Positions 1 through 11,927 are shown, numbered from the stretch's first letter. The stretch is DNA of 64,000 bases from Hamiltosporidium tvaerminnensis FI-OER-3-3 (GCA_022605425.2 CM061250.1:682001-746000), one strand, 5' to 3'. Notes: a model not told the origin generated them from the letters alone. Made by a program: numbers and translations.

Positions 1-512
1 GCAGAATTTACTTCGTCTTTTTTTTGGTTTTTTATGGTCTTATGTATAAACGAAGATAAAGCATATGTTGGTTTAATAGGATGGTAGCCTTTGAAACAGA
101 AACCAAGTCTAACTAAAAGCCCAACATCACCAACTATCTTTTCAAACTTAGAAATATCTATTTCAATGTCATTGATAGAGAACGATTCTATCAACTTTTT
201 AAATTCCTCTTTATTTTTCTTTTCTAATGCTTCTTTTGCCATTTTCACGCTTGACTCATTGTTTTCTTCATTAGTAAATCCAAAAGCACTTTTTTCTTTA
301 TCAGAAGCGAAATAACCAAACTTGTAAAGATTCACTAAAGATGTGAATTTTTTATCATCCTCTAAATCCGAAAATTTCTTATAGTCGTCTTCGAAGCTCT
401 TAATGACATTACCAGCTTTAATGTATCCCACAACACACATTATGCCAAATATAGCCAATATTGAACCAACGACTCCTAATGCAATGCGTATTTTGTTTCT
501 TTTACTCACCAT
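1..512 (-). CDS. Membrane-anchored hypothetical protein, paralogue of 6557-7251 (3' end runs off the window)
   Basis: ATG at 512 (minus). Reads MVSKRNKIRIALGVVGSILAIFGIMCVVGYIKAG...IHKTIKNQKKDEVNSA, open to the window edge. Has an N-terminal hydrophobic helix. 5' part and ~255 bp upstream are almost identical to 7050-7508. Confidence 0.8.
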   Translation of the reverse strand, partial: MVSKRNKIRIALGVVGSILAIFGIMCVVGYIKAGNVIKSFEDDYKKFSDLEDDKKFTSLVNLYKFGYFASDKEKSAFGFTNEENNESSVKMAKEALEKKNKEEFKKLIESFSINDIEIDISKFEKIVGDVGLLVRLGFCFKGYHPIKPTYALSSFIHKTIKNQKKDEVNS

Positions 513-768
513 ATGGGTAACATTTTTTCACGTAATAAAGTAAAAAAATGATCAAATATTCCAAAGCGAATAATTAATTTGCACCTAAAAAATTAAAAAA
601 ATTTATGAATCACAAATTCAATTTTTTCTTAAGCGTTTTCGATTGGTTATTTCTATAAATTAATGTGATTTCATACCATATAAATTGCATTCTAAATATA
701 AAAATTATTTTTTTATTATCAATTTGATAAATTATTTTGTTATATTTGGCTAATAATCAATGATTCTA

Positions 769-3700
769 GATTTATTTAATAAAATTCTGGGTTAAAATAT
801 TTTTAACATTTTTATATGTTTTCTTCTACCTCTTTAACCACTATTGTCTCTTCTTCCAAATCCGACTCTTCATTTATGTTATTGGTCGGTTCCTCTAAAG
901 TGGTTCCTCCTTGTGAAATAAGGGGTGTATTATTTTTTGGTTTTAAAATTTTAACACCATCTTCCTCTCTTTTCGCTTCTTTTAAAGGGGGTATTGGTTC
1001 CTCATGCATCTCTGATCTCATAATAACACCCATTGACGCTCTCTCCCAGCTCTCTTCGGCATTTAGTCCTGACTCAAGTCCTCTTCGTCGATCAAAGGAA
1101 ATTGTTTCGACTGTTTTCTTAAGTACTATAGACTGAATGTATGCCTCTACATTCATGGGTATTTCTAGTCTTTTAAAATGAGATTTATGGTATTTTGTCA
1201 CAATACCGTCCCAGGTCATCACATAAGGGATTATCTCAACACTACACTTATAAATAAGACCTAACTCATTGGCTAGCAGGTCATACTTCCTAAGTTTTTC
1301 AGTTTCAACTATTTGAAGTGAATCTTGGGAAGTGATTCCTACTTCAATGAGTGTTATCTTATTCTTCTTCTTATCTAAAATGAATATGTCCGGTCTGTTA
1401 TTCCGAATTTTAACATCAGTTTTAATTCTGGTGTCCACTCTTATCTCTGCATACTCATTATCAAGAATTTCTTGAACTGAGTGGCTCCTTATTCGTTTTG
1501 AAGACTTAAACTTATATCTATTTAGAAGAAGAAGGTGTAGGCATCTAACCACTTCATTATGCCGTCTAGTGTAATCATGGCCTAGCATTTTTTCACATCT
1601 AGTTGCTATGATCTACAGTCTTACCAGACTTCCCGCAATGTTGACACACACCATCTGCTCCCAGAATACATTTCTATCTTGGATATAGCAGAACACAGCT
1701 TCATTTCGTAGCCTAATATTTCCTCTCTTTAGCCATCTTGAAGAGTCACTAACACTCACAAGCTCATTTTTTCTTGCATTATATAACTTTGAATGGAGTT
1801 TTCGTTTTTCTATTTCGTTATATAGTTTTGCAAGTTGAGCTTCTTCTAAACTTTTCTTAGTGACTTCTTCTACCAACCTGTACTTTACTTTTAAGAAGCC
1901 TTTTATTAGTGCAAGATGGGTTTTGTTATTATTCTCCACCTTGAGGATTGCTGCTCGTCTAGTTGATATTTCTTTACTTTTTTCCAGACAATCCAAGAGT
2001 TGCAGAAGCATATGTTCGCTTCGCAACTCAACACTATGTAGGCCTCTTCCAAGTTCTGCTCTAGGAAGGTATAAACGCTCTTTACATCCTGGGCGGAGAT
2101 GTATCTTATTCTTCACCAACACCGCACGCACTGCATCATCTAACTTAGAGAAGTCAGCCGGTTCAAGTCAAAGAACTCCTATGTGATAGTGTATTAACGA
2201 TATCGCATGTTGATTGATTGCAGAAAATAAATTTTTTGCATTTAATCTTGTGTGACAAAGTCTTTCAACTCTTGATGTAAGTTTGCTCCGTACTTCTTCA
2301 AATGAGCTACGTGTTGGGATTCCTCTGCTATCTTCTATTATTCCTAAATATTTGTAAACATAACACCTTCTAGAAGAGTAGCAGTATCTTCACAACACGT
2401 ATCATTTGTGGCTGACTTCTCTTTGTTAATCTCTAAGCCAATCACCTCTAAAAATTCCTTTGCCTCGCCTGTCATAGCACTCAATGTGGAGCTGTCTTTT
2501 GCAAGGAGCTTAAGATCATCAATAAACAAGAGATGATTAGTAGAATGGGATTCTGCATCTGTTTGTACTGTCACTTTTGTGTATTTTTCATTAAGCTTTC
2601 GGCTTAATGGATCCATACACAACACAAATAACAAAGGTGACAGACTATCTCCTTGCAGGATCCCTCTATCAATCTTCTTGCTCATGATTTTTTCAGGCCC
2701 TTCTGATATATCAATTTTCCATTTTGATATAATTAGCTTAATAAATTTCAGGATCCAATCAGGTAAATTAAGGTTTTCAATGCATTGAGTTAAATAAGCA
2801 TGATCTATTGAATCATAGGCTTTTTTAACATCAATCCATGTTGCCTTAAGATTATTTCCATACTCTTTATTTAAGGCAATATTCAGTAGAGCCTGCTCTT
2901 TCGCTCCCTGCACACCTCTTACCGCCCCTAGTTGGTTCTCTGCAAGCAACCCTCGCCTTTCCACTTCAATTTGAACGACCTTTGTTACACACTTTGTCGT
3001 TAACTTATAGAGGTTGGACATACAAGTGATTGGCCTGTAGTCAGAGCCTCTTCGTGGAATTCCTTTCGGTATCAAATACGTAAGCCCGCAGTAAAACCAA
3101 TCAGCTTGAGGTGTTCCTTCTAAACAAATAACTTTCACAATATCATAAATATATTTATGATGAGTTGTAAGTTTCTTAATGAAAAAATTGTAAATACCAT
3201 CAATTCCAGCAGCTTTCCAATTAGGGAGCCAATTAATGATATTTACAAATTCATCAAGTGAAGGAAACGTAGTCGGATGATTATCTGATACAATTGGAAT
3301 CAAATAATCATCATACGTGACTGTATAATCATTTTTGTTCCATATTGTAGACCAAAAACCTAGCGATTTCATCACGACTAACCACATGCTCGGATTCCAC
3401 ACGCTCAGATAACCCACGATAAAATCGACCTCGGAAAAGCTCAAACATACGATTCTCTTTTCGGAATTGCCCCTACTTTCATGCATCGTAATTTTTTCTC
3501 GTACACATTCAAAGACTCATTCTTCTTAACTAAAGCCTCGGAAATATCAGTTACACTGCTCAAGTTTAAATTAAACTCTCGCATGATTTTCTTAAGGCTC
3601 TTCGTTTCCGAAGTGGAGAGCTTTTCCTGCTTACGAGCCTTCTCGAGGAGATCTTTGGAAAGTACTAGCTTAGAAATTTTACTTTCTATGTTTTCCTTCC

Positions 3701-4566
3701 AAGCGGATCTAGGCTTCTCTTTACGTGTTGCCTCGTCATAGCATATCTGCGCAGCTTGCATGATATACGCGGCTTCCGTAATTGACTCAGGTACATGAGC
3801 TCCTGCATATTCACCGACTACTCGATTAATGAGATCCAGAACTTTACTATCAACCAATTCATTTGGATGTTTTCTAGTTCGGACCACCACTTTTCCAATT
3901 TCGTTCTCCGAGATTTCTTTGATTTTACTCAAGAATTTATCTCTCAGGTTTATGTACTCCGTGGTGTCGGTCAAGGTGCATGTATCAGCGAGACAAGTGG
4001 CGATTCTACGTCGCTCTCCATTCTCTTCTGATTTTACTTCCTTTCCCATCTCACTTTGTGCCAATTTTTTAACACTTCGAGAGTTTCAGTGCAGCCGAAT
4101 TTCTCATTATAGTACCTGTGAAGCTCTGTCCAGCCATTTCTTGGCATTCTTTCAAACCTTGTCTGTACTGCAAAAAAAACAATTCGAGGCCATTCCTTCG
4201 GGTCGGCTGTTACGGAATCGAATATCGTCCGCAATGCCATTAGCCTGTTACCTTCCGGAATAGCTAGAGTACAGGGGCTTGTCATGTCGTACGATGGCTC
4301 GCACGCAGAGACTTCAACCGAAGAGAGAACTGGTGTATTAGGCGAAGGTAAGGTGTCAAGCCCACTATTTTGCATTTTACTGCATGTTTGGCTTGGTGGT
4401 GGAGGTGTTATTGTTGTGTAGGAGGAGGAAGGTAGGGAAATCGCCGGTTGGTGTAGCTTACATTTTGTACCTCATATCACTCTTCTTCACCTCATCAGCG
4501 TCGTTTGCAGCCTTTATTTTGGTATTTTTCGATATTTCGCTGCTAACATTTTTTTTTCTACCCATC
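769..4566 (-). mobile_element. Near-full-length non-LTR retrotransposon, single ORF (~1250 codons) with RT, CCHC knuckle and restriction-like endonuclease (R2/R4-Dong-like group); several frameshifts
   Basis: RT motifs WKAAGIDG, DYRPITC, WIDVKKAYDS, GILQGDSLSP, LFIDD (2344-3486). CQHC...H...C knuckle at ~1600-1650. RRHNEV...RPDI...IEVG RLE motifs (812-1588). ATG at 4565 matches the N-terminus of the copy at 25129. 3' end AACCCAGAATTTTATTAAATAAA is shared with other copies. Confidence 0.93.
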
Positions 4567-4787
4567 TTTTCCCTCTAAAAATATTAGCGTAATTAATTTT
4601 AAAAATAAAACCTTTTCCTTCTAACTAAACATTTCTTATTTAATAGCTAACACATATTTAAAAAAAAGAAAATAAAAAAGTAAAATTAAATTCGCTTTAC
4701 TACGCTTTTTTAAAAGTTCTTTTTTCAGCATTATATGTTTAATAGTTTACCATATTACTATTAAAAATATTTGTTTGTATAAAGACA
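4567..4787. repeat. ~220-bp direct repeat, copy 1 (copy 2 at 11707-11927)
   Basis: TTTTCCCTCTAAAAATATTAGCG...TATAAAGACA matches 11707-11927 with only a few substitutions. Confidence 0.92.
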
Positions 4788-4788
4788 A

Positions 4789-5517
4789 GGTGGAGGGAGG
4801 ATAACCACATAAAAAACTTCCTGCTTGGCAATGAGTGTGTGAAACTGGTGTGAAGATCATTGTTTGGATTTTTGGGGGGAATACAACCACACTACATCTT
4901 CGGTTGTTCCATGGGAGTTGTTATGAGCAAAAGAGGTCTAAGAAATTGAGAAACTTTTTCTACAAATTTATTTGTAGTTTTTTATGTAACTAGATTGCAG
5001 ACCGCAGCTGAACATGTAGGTAATTGCCATGTAAAAGCATGGAAACCTAGCTTTGCTCACTTGGGTTAGAAGACTTAGCGCCTGGGAGATATAAAAATAA
5101 AATCCATTAAAAGCCGGGAGAGCTAAGTAGCAGGTTATACCTGTTGGTATGACATTGCACTGTCTAGGTGGACCCCATGTAAATCTCCGAAATATATCTT
5201 AGCTAGAAGTTTATTGGGTTCAGAAAGTGTAGAGTAAGTGGGAATGCTGCATAGTCTTGGGGGAGCCCAGGGGAGGCTTCGGCCTTCATGACACTCCATG
5301 CAACGGACATTAACGAACTCCGGGCAATTGCCTCGCCTATTAATTAGGTTCTACACACCTGTTAGATGAAAGGCATTGGGACGTAGGTATCGCGGGGGTT
5401 ACCGATGGAGTGTTGGGGTAGCAGTCATTTATGTTAAACCTAGAACTGCGTTAATGTCATAAAAACAAATATAACACTTGCCACTATTTTAAAAAGATGT
5501 GATACTTTTAAATAAAG
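4789..5517 (+). mobile_element. ~730-nt non-coding structured SINE-like element, copy 1
   Basis: Starts GGTGGAGGGAGGATAACCAC and ends TTTTAAATAAAG. Homologous to 49498-50239 (minus) and 50317-51333 (plus). GC-richer than flanks, many hairpins. Confidence 0.8.
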
Positions 5518-5649
5518 GAAATACGATTAAAAAACAAAAATTTGGATGCATTTATTTTGTATCGAAAAATATTAGTTTTGTAGAAAATATGTTAAAAAAA
5601 AAGTTTAAATGCTTTAAATACAATTGAATATATTTTGATTTAAAATGCT

Positions 5650-6320
5650 TTCCAGACTTTTATATTTTTCTTCTACTTTTTGTACCATCGTCTTTTACTT
5701 TTCAGAATCCGAATTTTCATCTATTTTTATTGGCAGTTCCTTTAATATGGTTCTTCTAATCGTAAATAAGGAGCTATTATTTTTTTAAAAAAATATTTAG
5801 CGGCATATTATTCTTTACTCGCTTGTTTTAAAGGCTATGATGATTCCTCTTCCACCTAGTCTCCGATAACACCCATAACTGCTTTTTGCCGGCTATCCTC
5901 GGCATTTGGGCCCGACTCAAGTCTTCTTCGTCAATCATAGGCAATTTTTTCAACTATTTTCTTAAGTACAATCGACAGATTTTATCCCTCTATATTCAGC
6001 AATATTTGTCTTTTTACCATACGTCTATGGAATTTTGTTACAATACCGTCCGGGTTCATCACATACGGGATTATCTCCACATCACATTTCATTTATAAAT
6101 AATACTAAACGTATGTTAAAACCTTATGTTTTCCGATTTTTTTAATTTACTCAATTTGAAGTTAAACTTGGGAAGTATTCTACTTCAATTTTGGTTTCCT
6201 TTTTCTACTCTTATTCAAAATAAATATATCGGAACTATTATGCCGAATGTTGACATCAGTTTTTAGTCTGATGGCCACTCTTATCTCTGCATCTTCATTT
6301 TCAAAAATTTCCTGAACTGG
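5650..6320 (-). mobile_element. Decayed 3' remnant (RLE domain) of the RT-RLE LINE family
   Basis: 5900-6319 aligns by eye with 1060-1480 (e.g. GACTCAAGTC, CAATACCGTCC, GGGATTATCTC, CCACTCTTATCTCTGCAT). Many indels. 3' boundary approximate. Confidence 0.8.
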
Positions 6321-6556
6321 TTTTCGCGCACTAACAAAGAAAAATCATGAGAAAAAAAATGAACATTTTTAATCTAAAAATCACAAACTAAGATTTAAAA
6401 GACATATAAGCGTACGAAGTAAATAAATTCTGGTGCAATATTTAAAATTCAAAAAAAGAAATATGATATAAATTAAAGAAAAAAACTAAAAATGAATTTT
6501 AATCATATCAAACTGGAGATCGAATATAAAAAACATTTTTGTATCAAAAGCAAACC

Positions 6557-7251
6557 TTAAGCCTTCTTTTCTACCTTATAACAAATATAAGCAATAAAAT
6601 CAGCGGCTTTACCGGATATTCCATTTTTAGATGCTTCAAACTTAAATTTTTTAGCCGAAGAAATACTTTTAAGACCATTAGCATCGCATTTAACACCAAA
6701 TACTTTTACAACCGAATCATCAACTATATCTAAAAATGCAAAACTTTTTCTTCTGCTTTAGATTTTTTTATAGTCTTATGTATAAACGAGGATAAAGCAT
6801 ATGTTGGTTTGATAGTATGGGTGCCTTTGAACCAGAAACCAAGTCTAACTAAAAGCCCAACATCACCAACTACCTTATCAAACTTAGAAATATCCATACC
6901 GGTTCCTTTCATAGAGTACGGACTTAGGATTAAATCCTCTATTTCCTTTGTATTTTTCTTTTCTAATGCTTCCTTCGCCATTTTCACGCCTGACTCCTTA
7001 TTTTCTTTTACAACAAATGCAAAAACCCTTTCTTCTTTATTAGAAGTGAAATAACCAAACTTGTAAAGATTCACTAAAGATGTGAATTTTTTATCATCCT
7101 CTAAATCCGAAAATTTCTTATAGTCGTCTTCGAAGCTCTTAATGACATTACCAGCTTTAATGTATCCCACAACACACATTATGCCAAATATAGCCAATAT
7201 TGAACCAACGACTCTTAATGCAATGCGTGTTTTGTTTCTTTTACTCACCAT
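6557..7251 (-). CDS. Membrane-anchored hypothetical protein of a lineage-specific family, ~231 aa (one apparent frameshift near 6745)
   Basis: ORF 6730-7251 has an N-terminal TM helix. Adding one A in the GAAAAAG run continues the frame as SFAFLDIVDDSVVKVFGVKC...YKVEKKA* to TAA at 6557, which also fits the paralogue (KKDEVNSA vs KAEEKSFA). Confidence 0.78.
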
Positions 7252-8933
7252 ATGGGTAACATTTTTTCACGTAATAAAGTAAAAAAATGATCAAATATTC
7301 CAAAGCGGATAATTAATTTGCACCTAAAAAATTAAAAAAAATTTATGAATCACAAATTCAATTTTTTCTTAAGCGTTTTCGATTGGTTATTTCTATAAAT
7401 TAATGTGATTTCATACCATATAAATTGCATTCTAAATATAAAAATTATTTTTTTATTATCAATTTGATAAATTATTTTGTTATATTTGGCTAATAATCAA
7501 TGATTCTAAAAAAATAGAAAAATATAAAATAACTCCTTTTTGGGAATAAAAAATATCGGAAAATTTATTTAAAAAATATTAGAAAATTTATTTAAAAAAT
7601 GGTATATGATTTAATACTTTTAAAAAAATCTCAAATTAATATAGACAAGACCGGAAATTGAAACAAGATTGTAGTATACAACGAAAATGTAAAAAAAGCC
7701 AAATCATACGAAAGTACATACAAATAGAAGCAACAAAATGAACTAGAAATAGTTAGTAAAAAAAATTAAAAGTAAAAATTTATATTTCTAATCATTTTAT
7801 ATATTCTTCATTTTTATTCAATGAATATCCGATCTTTTTAAAGAATTTATTTGTTTATGACATTAACATGGTTATAGGACGTCATATATATTTTTCTTAG
7901 AAACTCCATAAGTATTCTATACGAGATCTAAACCCAAAGCTTTTTTTATCTAAAATATATATAAGGTTCATTGAATAAGCGAACAGTCGCACACGATCTT
8001 AATATTCGTTTATTGGTGTTGATCACAGATTGAAACCTACATTAGGAATATCTTAAACTAGCAGCAATCACAGCTAAGCTACGTTTTTCGAACCGCATAG
8101 ACATTCAGTTAAAATATATTTCGACTATGTATAAGAAATTCACTTATAAATTACAAACCATATAAACATATATAGCTAGCCACTTGAAGTTCTTAGCTTT
8201 TAAAGGGATATTTTTTTCTCAATCTCTCAGGCGCAAAGTCTCAAAACTTGAATTTGCAAGACTTATTTCATTGCTTTATGTTGTAATCACTTCAAATTAT
8301 CTTTATTCAAAGCTCTAGTTTGAATGAAAAAATTACAAACTTATTTGTAAAAAGAGTTTCTCTATTTCGGAGACCTTTTCCACCTTATCGCTTCTCTATC
8401 GAAAAACCAAAAATTTAATGTGATTTTCATCTTATCAAAAATCTAAAAAATATTTAATTATTTCGCTTTCAAGTAGATAATTTTTTTGTGATTATTCTTG
8501 CTCCACCATTCAGCCGGCAAATGAATTTATTTTAAACCAGGACATGTATCAAAGAATTAATTTGTATTTTTAATACTTTTTTCAGCCATAAATAAAATCT
8601 CAAGTCAAGTGTAATTTTATTTAATTCATGAAGGAGTATTTGATTCATTTGAATATTTCTAAATTAGAAACAACAGATATTTTTTTATTCAAATAAGTCA
8701 AAAATGAATATAAAAATTTTAATAGATATTTAGTTTAAAAACTGGTTTTTTTTGCATTGGAAAATTTACATTTTTATAAAAAAAAAATCGTAAAAATAAA
8801 AACATTACAGAACCGATTTTCTTTTGTAAACAAAATTAAAAATTTTTCAATGTAAATTTAAGTTTCAAAAATATTTCAATGCAGTTTTTTTCTTCGTAAA
8901 AAATTAATAATTTCCTTTAAAATAAAACCCTGT

Positions 8934-9623
8934 ATGGAACAACAATTCATACTTCGTGTAAATGAAGAATTGAAAGAAATATTACAAACAAATACAAAAA
9001 ATATTGAATTGGAGTTATTGGGGAAGATATATTATTCCGAGACACAACTTAATAGAATATACCGGATATATTTCCAAATTACCATGTATAATTGAATCTC
9101 ATAAAACTATGGACAATCAACAATTTTATAAAATAAGTGATATATCACATATTGTGGTTATAGACAATAAGAGTAAAGGAGATCATGGCATTACGCCACC
9201 GAGTAAAATGCCAAGCATAGATTTAGAAAACGTGTTGTAAAAACACAAATGGTAGAGGAAATAGAAAACAGAGTCAAGGAATTGCTTGAGAGAGATAAGA
9301 ATTGTGTCGGTGTCGAGTTAATATTTGGAGAAGGCGAGCAAAAAGAAGAAAGTGAAGATGTCTCATCATTAGCAGCCGAACTTGAATATAATCTTATTGC
9401 ATCTGAAAAAAATATTGTTACTGAAGAGAGCGATGAGATAAAACAAAAGAAAGAATTGTTGAAGGAATTGGAGGAAAAAATAAAAACCAAAGAAGAACTT
9501 CTTAATACGGCCAGTAATATTATTCTTAAGAAAAGGTTTCAAGAATCCATTTTTGCTTTGAAAGAAGAATATAATAAAGTTATCGGAAAGATCAGAGAAT
9601 TAGAAAATAATGAAAAAGATTAA
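8934..9623 (+). CDS. TAF7: TFIID subunit 7 (TAF7/TAFII55 N-terminal domain), apparent frameshifts at ~9020-9050 and ~9205
   Basis: CCC-TGT-ATG start. MEQQFILRV..., KLPCIIESHKT.D...FYKISDI and HGITPP are TAF7 motifs. After adding one A, KNAKHRFRKR joins ORF 9249-9623 (C-terminal coiled coil). Confidence 0.88.
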
Positions 9624-10789
9624 AATTTGTATTTTTTTGGATTTGATACTAAGACCATATTTTAAATGTATTATAGACATAGGTTTCGCTAGAAATTTCT
9701 TCTTTTTCTATAAATTTTGTAGTTTAAAAATAAAATTTGTATTTTTATGAATAAAGTTAAAACGTTAATAGGTTTTTTTTATAGATTTATATTCACATAA
9801 ATATAAATTTAGAATATAAAGATTGCCTATTAATACTTTTTCAGGTAAATATGTTTCATTTGTTCTGTTATATATTTCAAATGTTTTAGAATTTATATGA
9901 TGGTAGGTGATATCTCTATATGATTTGCTTAAAATCCATTGCCTGGAATTTTTTCTTTGCTGAATTCTCTAGATTAGATATCCATATAAAGTTTCAAATT
10001 GGTTAATATTTTTCTTCATAATTTAGGCACAATATCTTGAATTTACCTTACATTCACTGTATGTTTCTTACGTTTAATGAAAGTATGAATTATTTAAACA
10101 TTATATGTTCTAGTATGATATAACTGCGTACTCAGATCATTCACTTAGTCTCTAGGTCTCTTTCCGGGTACTCTGGAAATCAAAAAAAACGACTTAAATT
10201 TTTTAAATCCTTAGACGGAATATGTTTACGACTTATTGACATTGTGGAGCCTTTAAGATACATATAGATTATATTTCTATACAATACAATTCTATATTAT
10301 TAATATAGGATTAACGTAATACTAAATCTATTAATATAACTTGACTCATTTAGCAAACCAATCTTACATTATTTTTTGGGTATTATGATTTAAAAAAAAT
10401 TCAAGCGTTATAACTTCTATTAAAATGAAAGTAAAAAATTTAATTTCTCAAAAAAACCCCATAACTAATAAAATGTCTCAAATTAGTAGTTTTATTAATC
10501 TAGATGCACATCTAGTTTTTGCATTTATATTTACAAGAATATTTTGAAAATTTTATTTTCTAATTTTTTTGAAGACTTAAATCTAATGAATTAAAAAAAA
10601 TTAATACAGATAGAATATTATTATATTTTTGTTGTGATAATTGTGTCAATGAATCTTTTACGTTTATATGTTTAATGATATACAAGCATGCTAAGAAGTC
10701 TGGCTTAATGAAATTTTAATTTGCACAATTAAATACATATTTTATCTGAATATACACAGAAGATAATCCTTGTACTAGCATCATTATTC

Positions 10790-11500
10790 TCAATATTAAG
10801 TTATGAGTATTACTAATACAAATCGCGCATAACATCTCTTAAAGCCTCTAAAACTTCTTGAATATTTTTCGAATTTCTTCTCTAGCTTCCACGGCTTTAC
10901 ATTAAGCATGCTAGTATCATTTTCTACTGCATAAATTTTCTTTCGGTAGTCTGCATTTTTTTCTTTTTCTATTGAGTTTATACAAATAGGCTTGGTTTGT
11001 CTTTCGATCAGGGGGTATTCGTATTACATGCTCTAGCCATCTTAATTTTTCTCTTTTTATTTCTGTTACCAAATTTGATTCAAGATAGAGATCATAAATT
11101 TCTTGGTCTGTTTGCATTTTTATCTTATTGTTTATGGGTTTCGGGCATGAATTAAAGAAGCATCCTTCTTTCCCACGTGGCTAAAAGTATTTCATTCTTT
11201 TTATCATGGCCTAAGTATCAGATTCATACATTACAGCAGTTCGTATGATAGTTCTAGATATATTTTTTTTGAATTCCATCTTATATATCTTGATATAATC
11301 AAATTTTGCATCGTGAATTAGACTATTTCCTGCTTTAATCCGTTTTTTAATTTCCTCATGGCTTTTGTTTTCTTTCATTTATGAAAGTTTCTGATAAATT
11401 TAAAGCTCAGTACATTTTAGAACTTTATTGAGTCAATTTCTAGAGTATTTTTCAAGTTACCTGCGAAAATGCTATTTCCATATACTTAGTTTTGCTTTAA
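10790..11500 (-). mobile_element. Decayed 3' portion of an RTE-clade non-LTR retrotransposon
   Basis: ORF 10917-11117 IKREKLRWLEHVIRI...KRKKCRLP resembles the RTE C-terminal RLRWxGHVxR...KRxxGRP motif. Upstream IYLELSYELL*CMNLIL region resembles a frameshifted YKTIIRPxxxYGxE motif. Confidence 0.7.
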
Positions 11501-11706
11501 TTAATCTTTTTGCGGTCCATAATGCCCCTCATGTCATTGGTGCCCCGTTATTTCTAGAACACCCCCCTCTTTATTTTCAATATATTATAACCCTCATATT
11601 TTCTATTCATTCATCTTTAACACCCCATATTAAAATATGAAGTATTTTGTTTCTTAATACATTAGGGGTCAAATGAAAATATGTGTTTATATACTTTTAA
11701 TTTTAT

Positions 11707-11927
11707 TTTTCCCTCTAAAAATATTAGCGTAATTAATTTTAAAAATAAAACCATTTCCTTCTAACTAAACATTTCTTATTTAATAGCTAACACATATTTA
11801 AAAAAAAGAAAATAAAAAAGTAAAATTAAATTCGCTTTACTACGCTTTTTTAAAAGTTCTTTTTTCAGCATTATATGTTTAATAGTTTACCATATTACTA
11901 CTAAAAATATTTGTTCCTATAAAGACA
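11707..11927. repeat. ~220-bp direct repeat, copy 2
   Basis: Near-identical to 4567-4787. Confidence 0.92.

Noticed and set aside
816-4578. Plus-strand ORFs overlapping the LINE, and antisense ORFs over HSP90, TAF7 and LRR genes
   Set aside because: Shadow ORFs opposite well-supported coding strands.
5060-5380. Group I intron P7 (AAGACTTA / TAGTCTT), hammerhead (CTGATAGA..GAAA in copy 3), HDV or RNase P/MRP identity for the 730-nt element
   Set aside because: Only partial motif matches. Required cores (CUGANGA, HDV nested pseudoknot, P4 consensus) could not be built in all copies.
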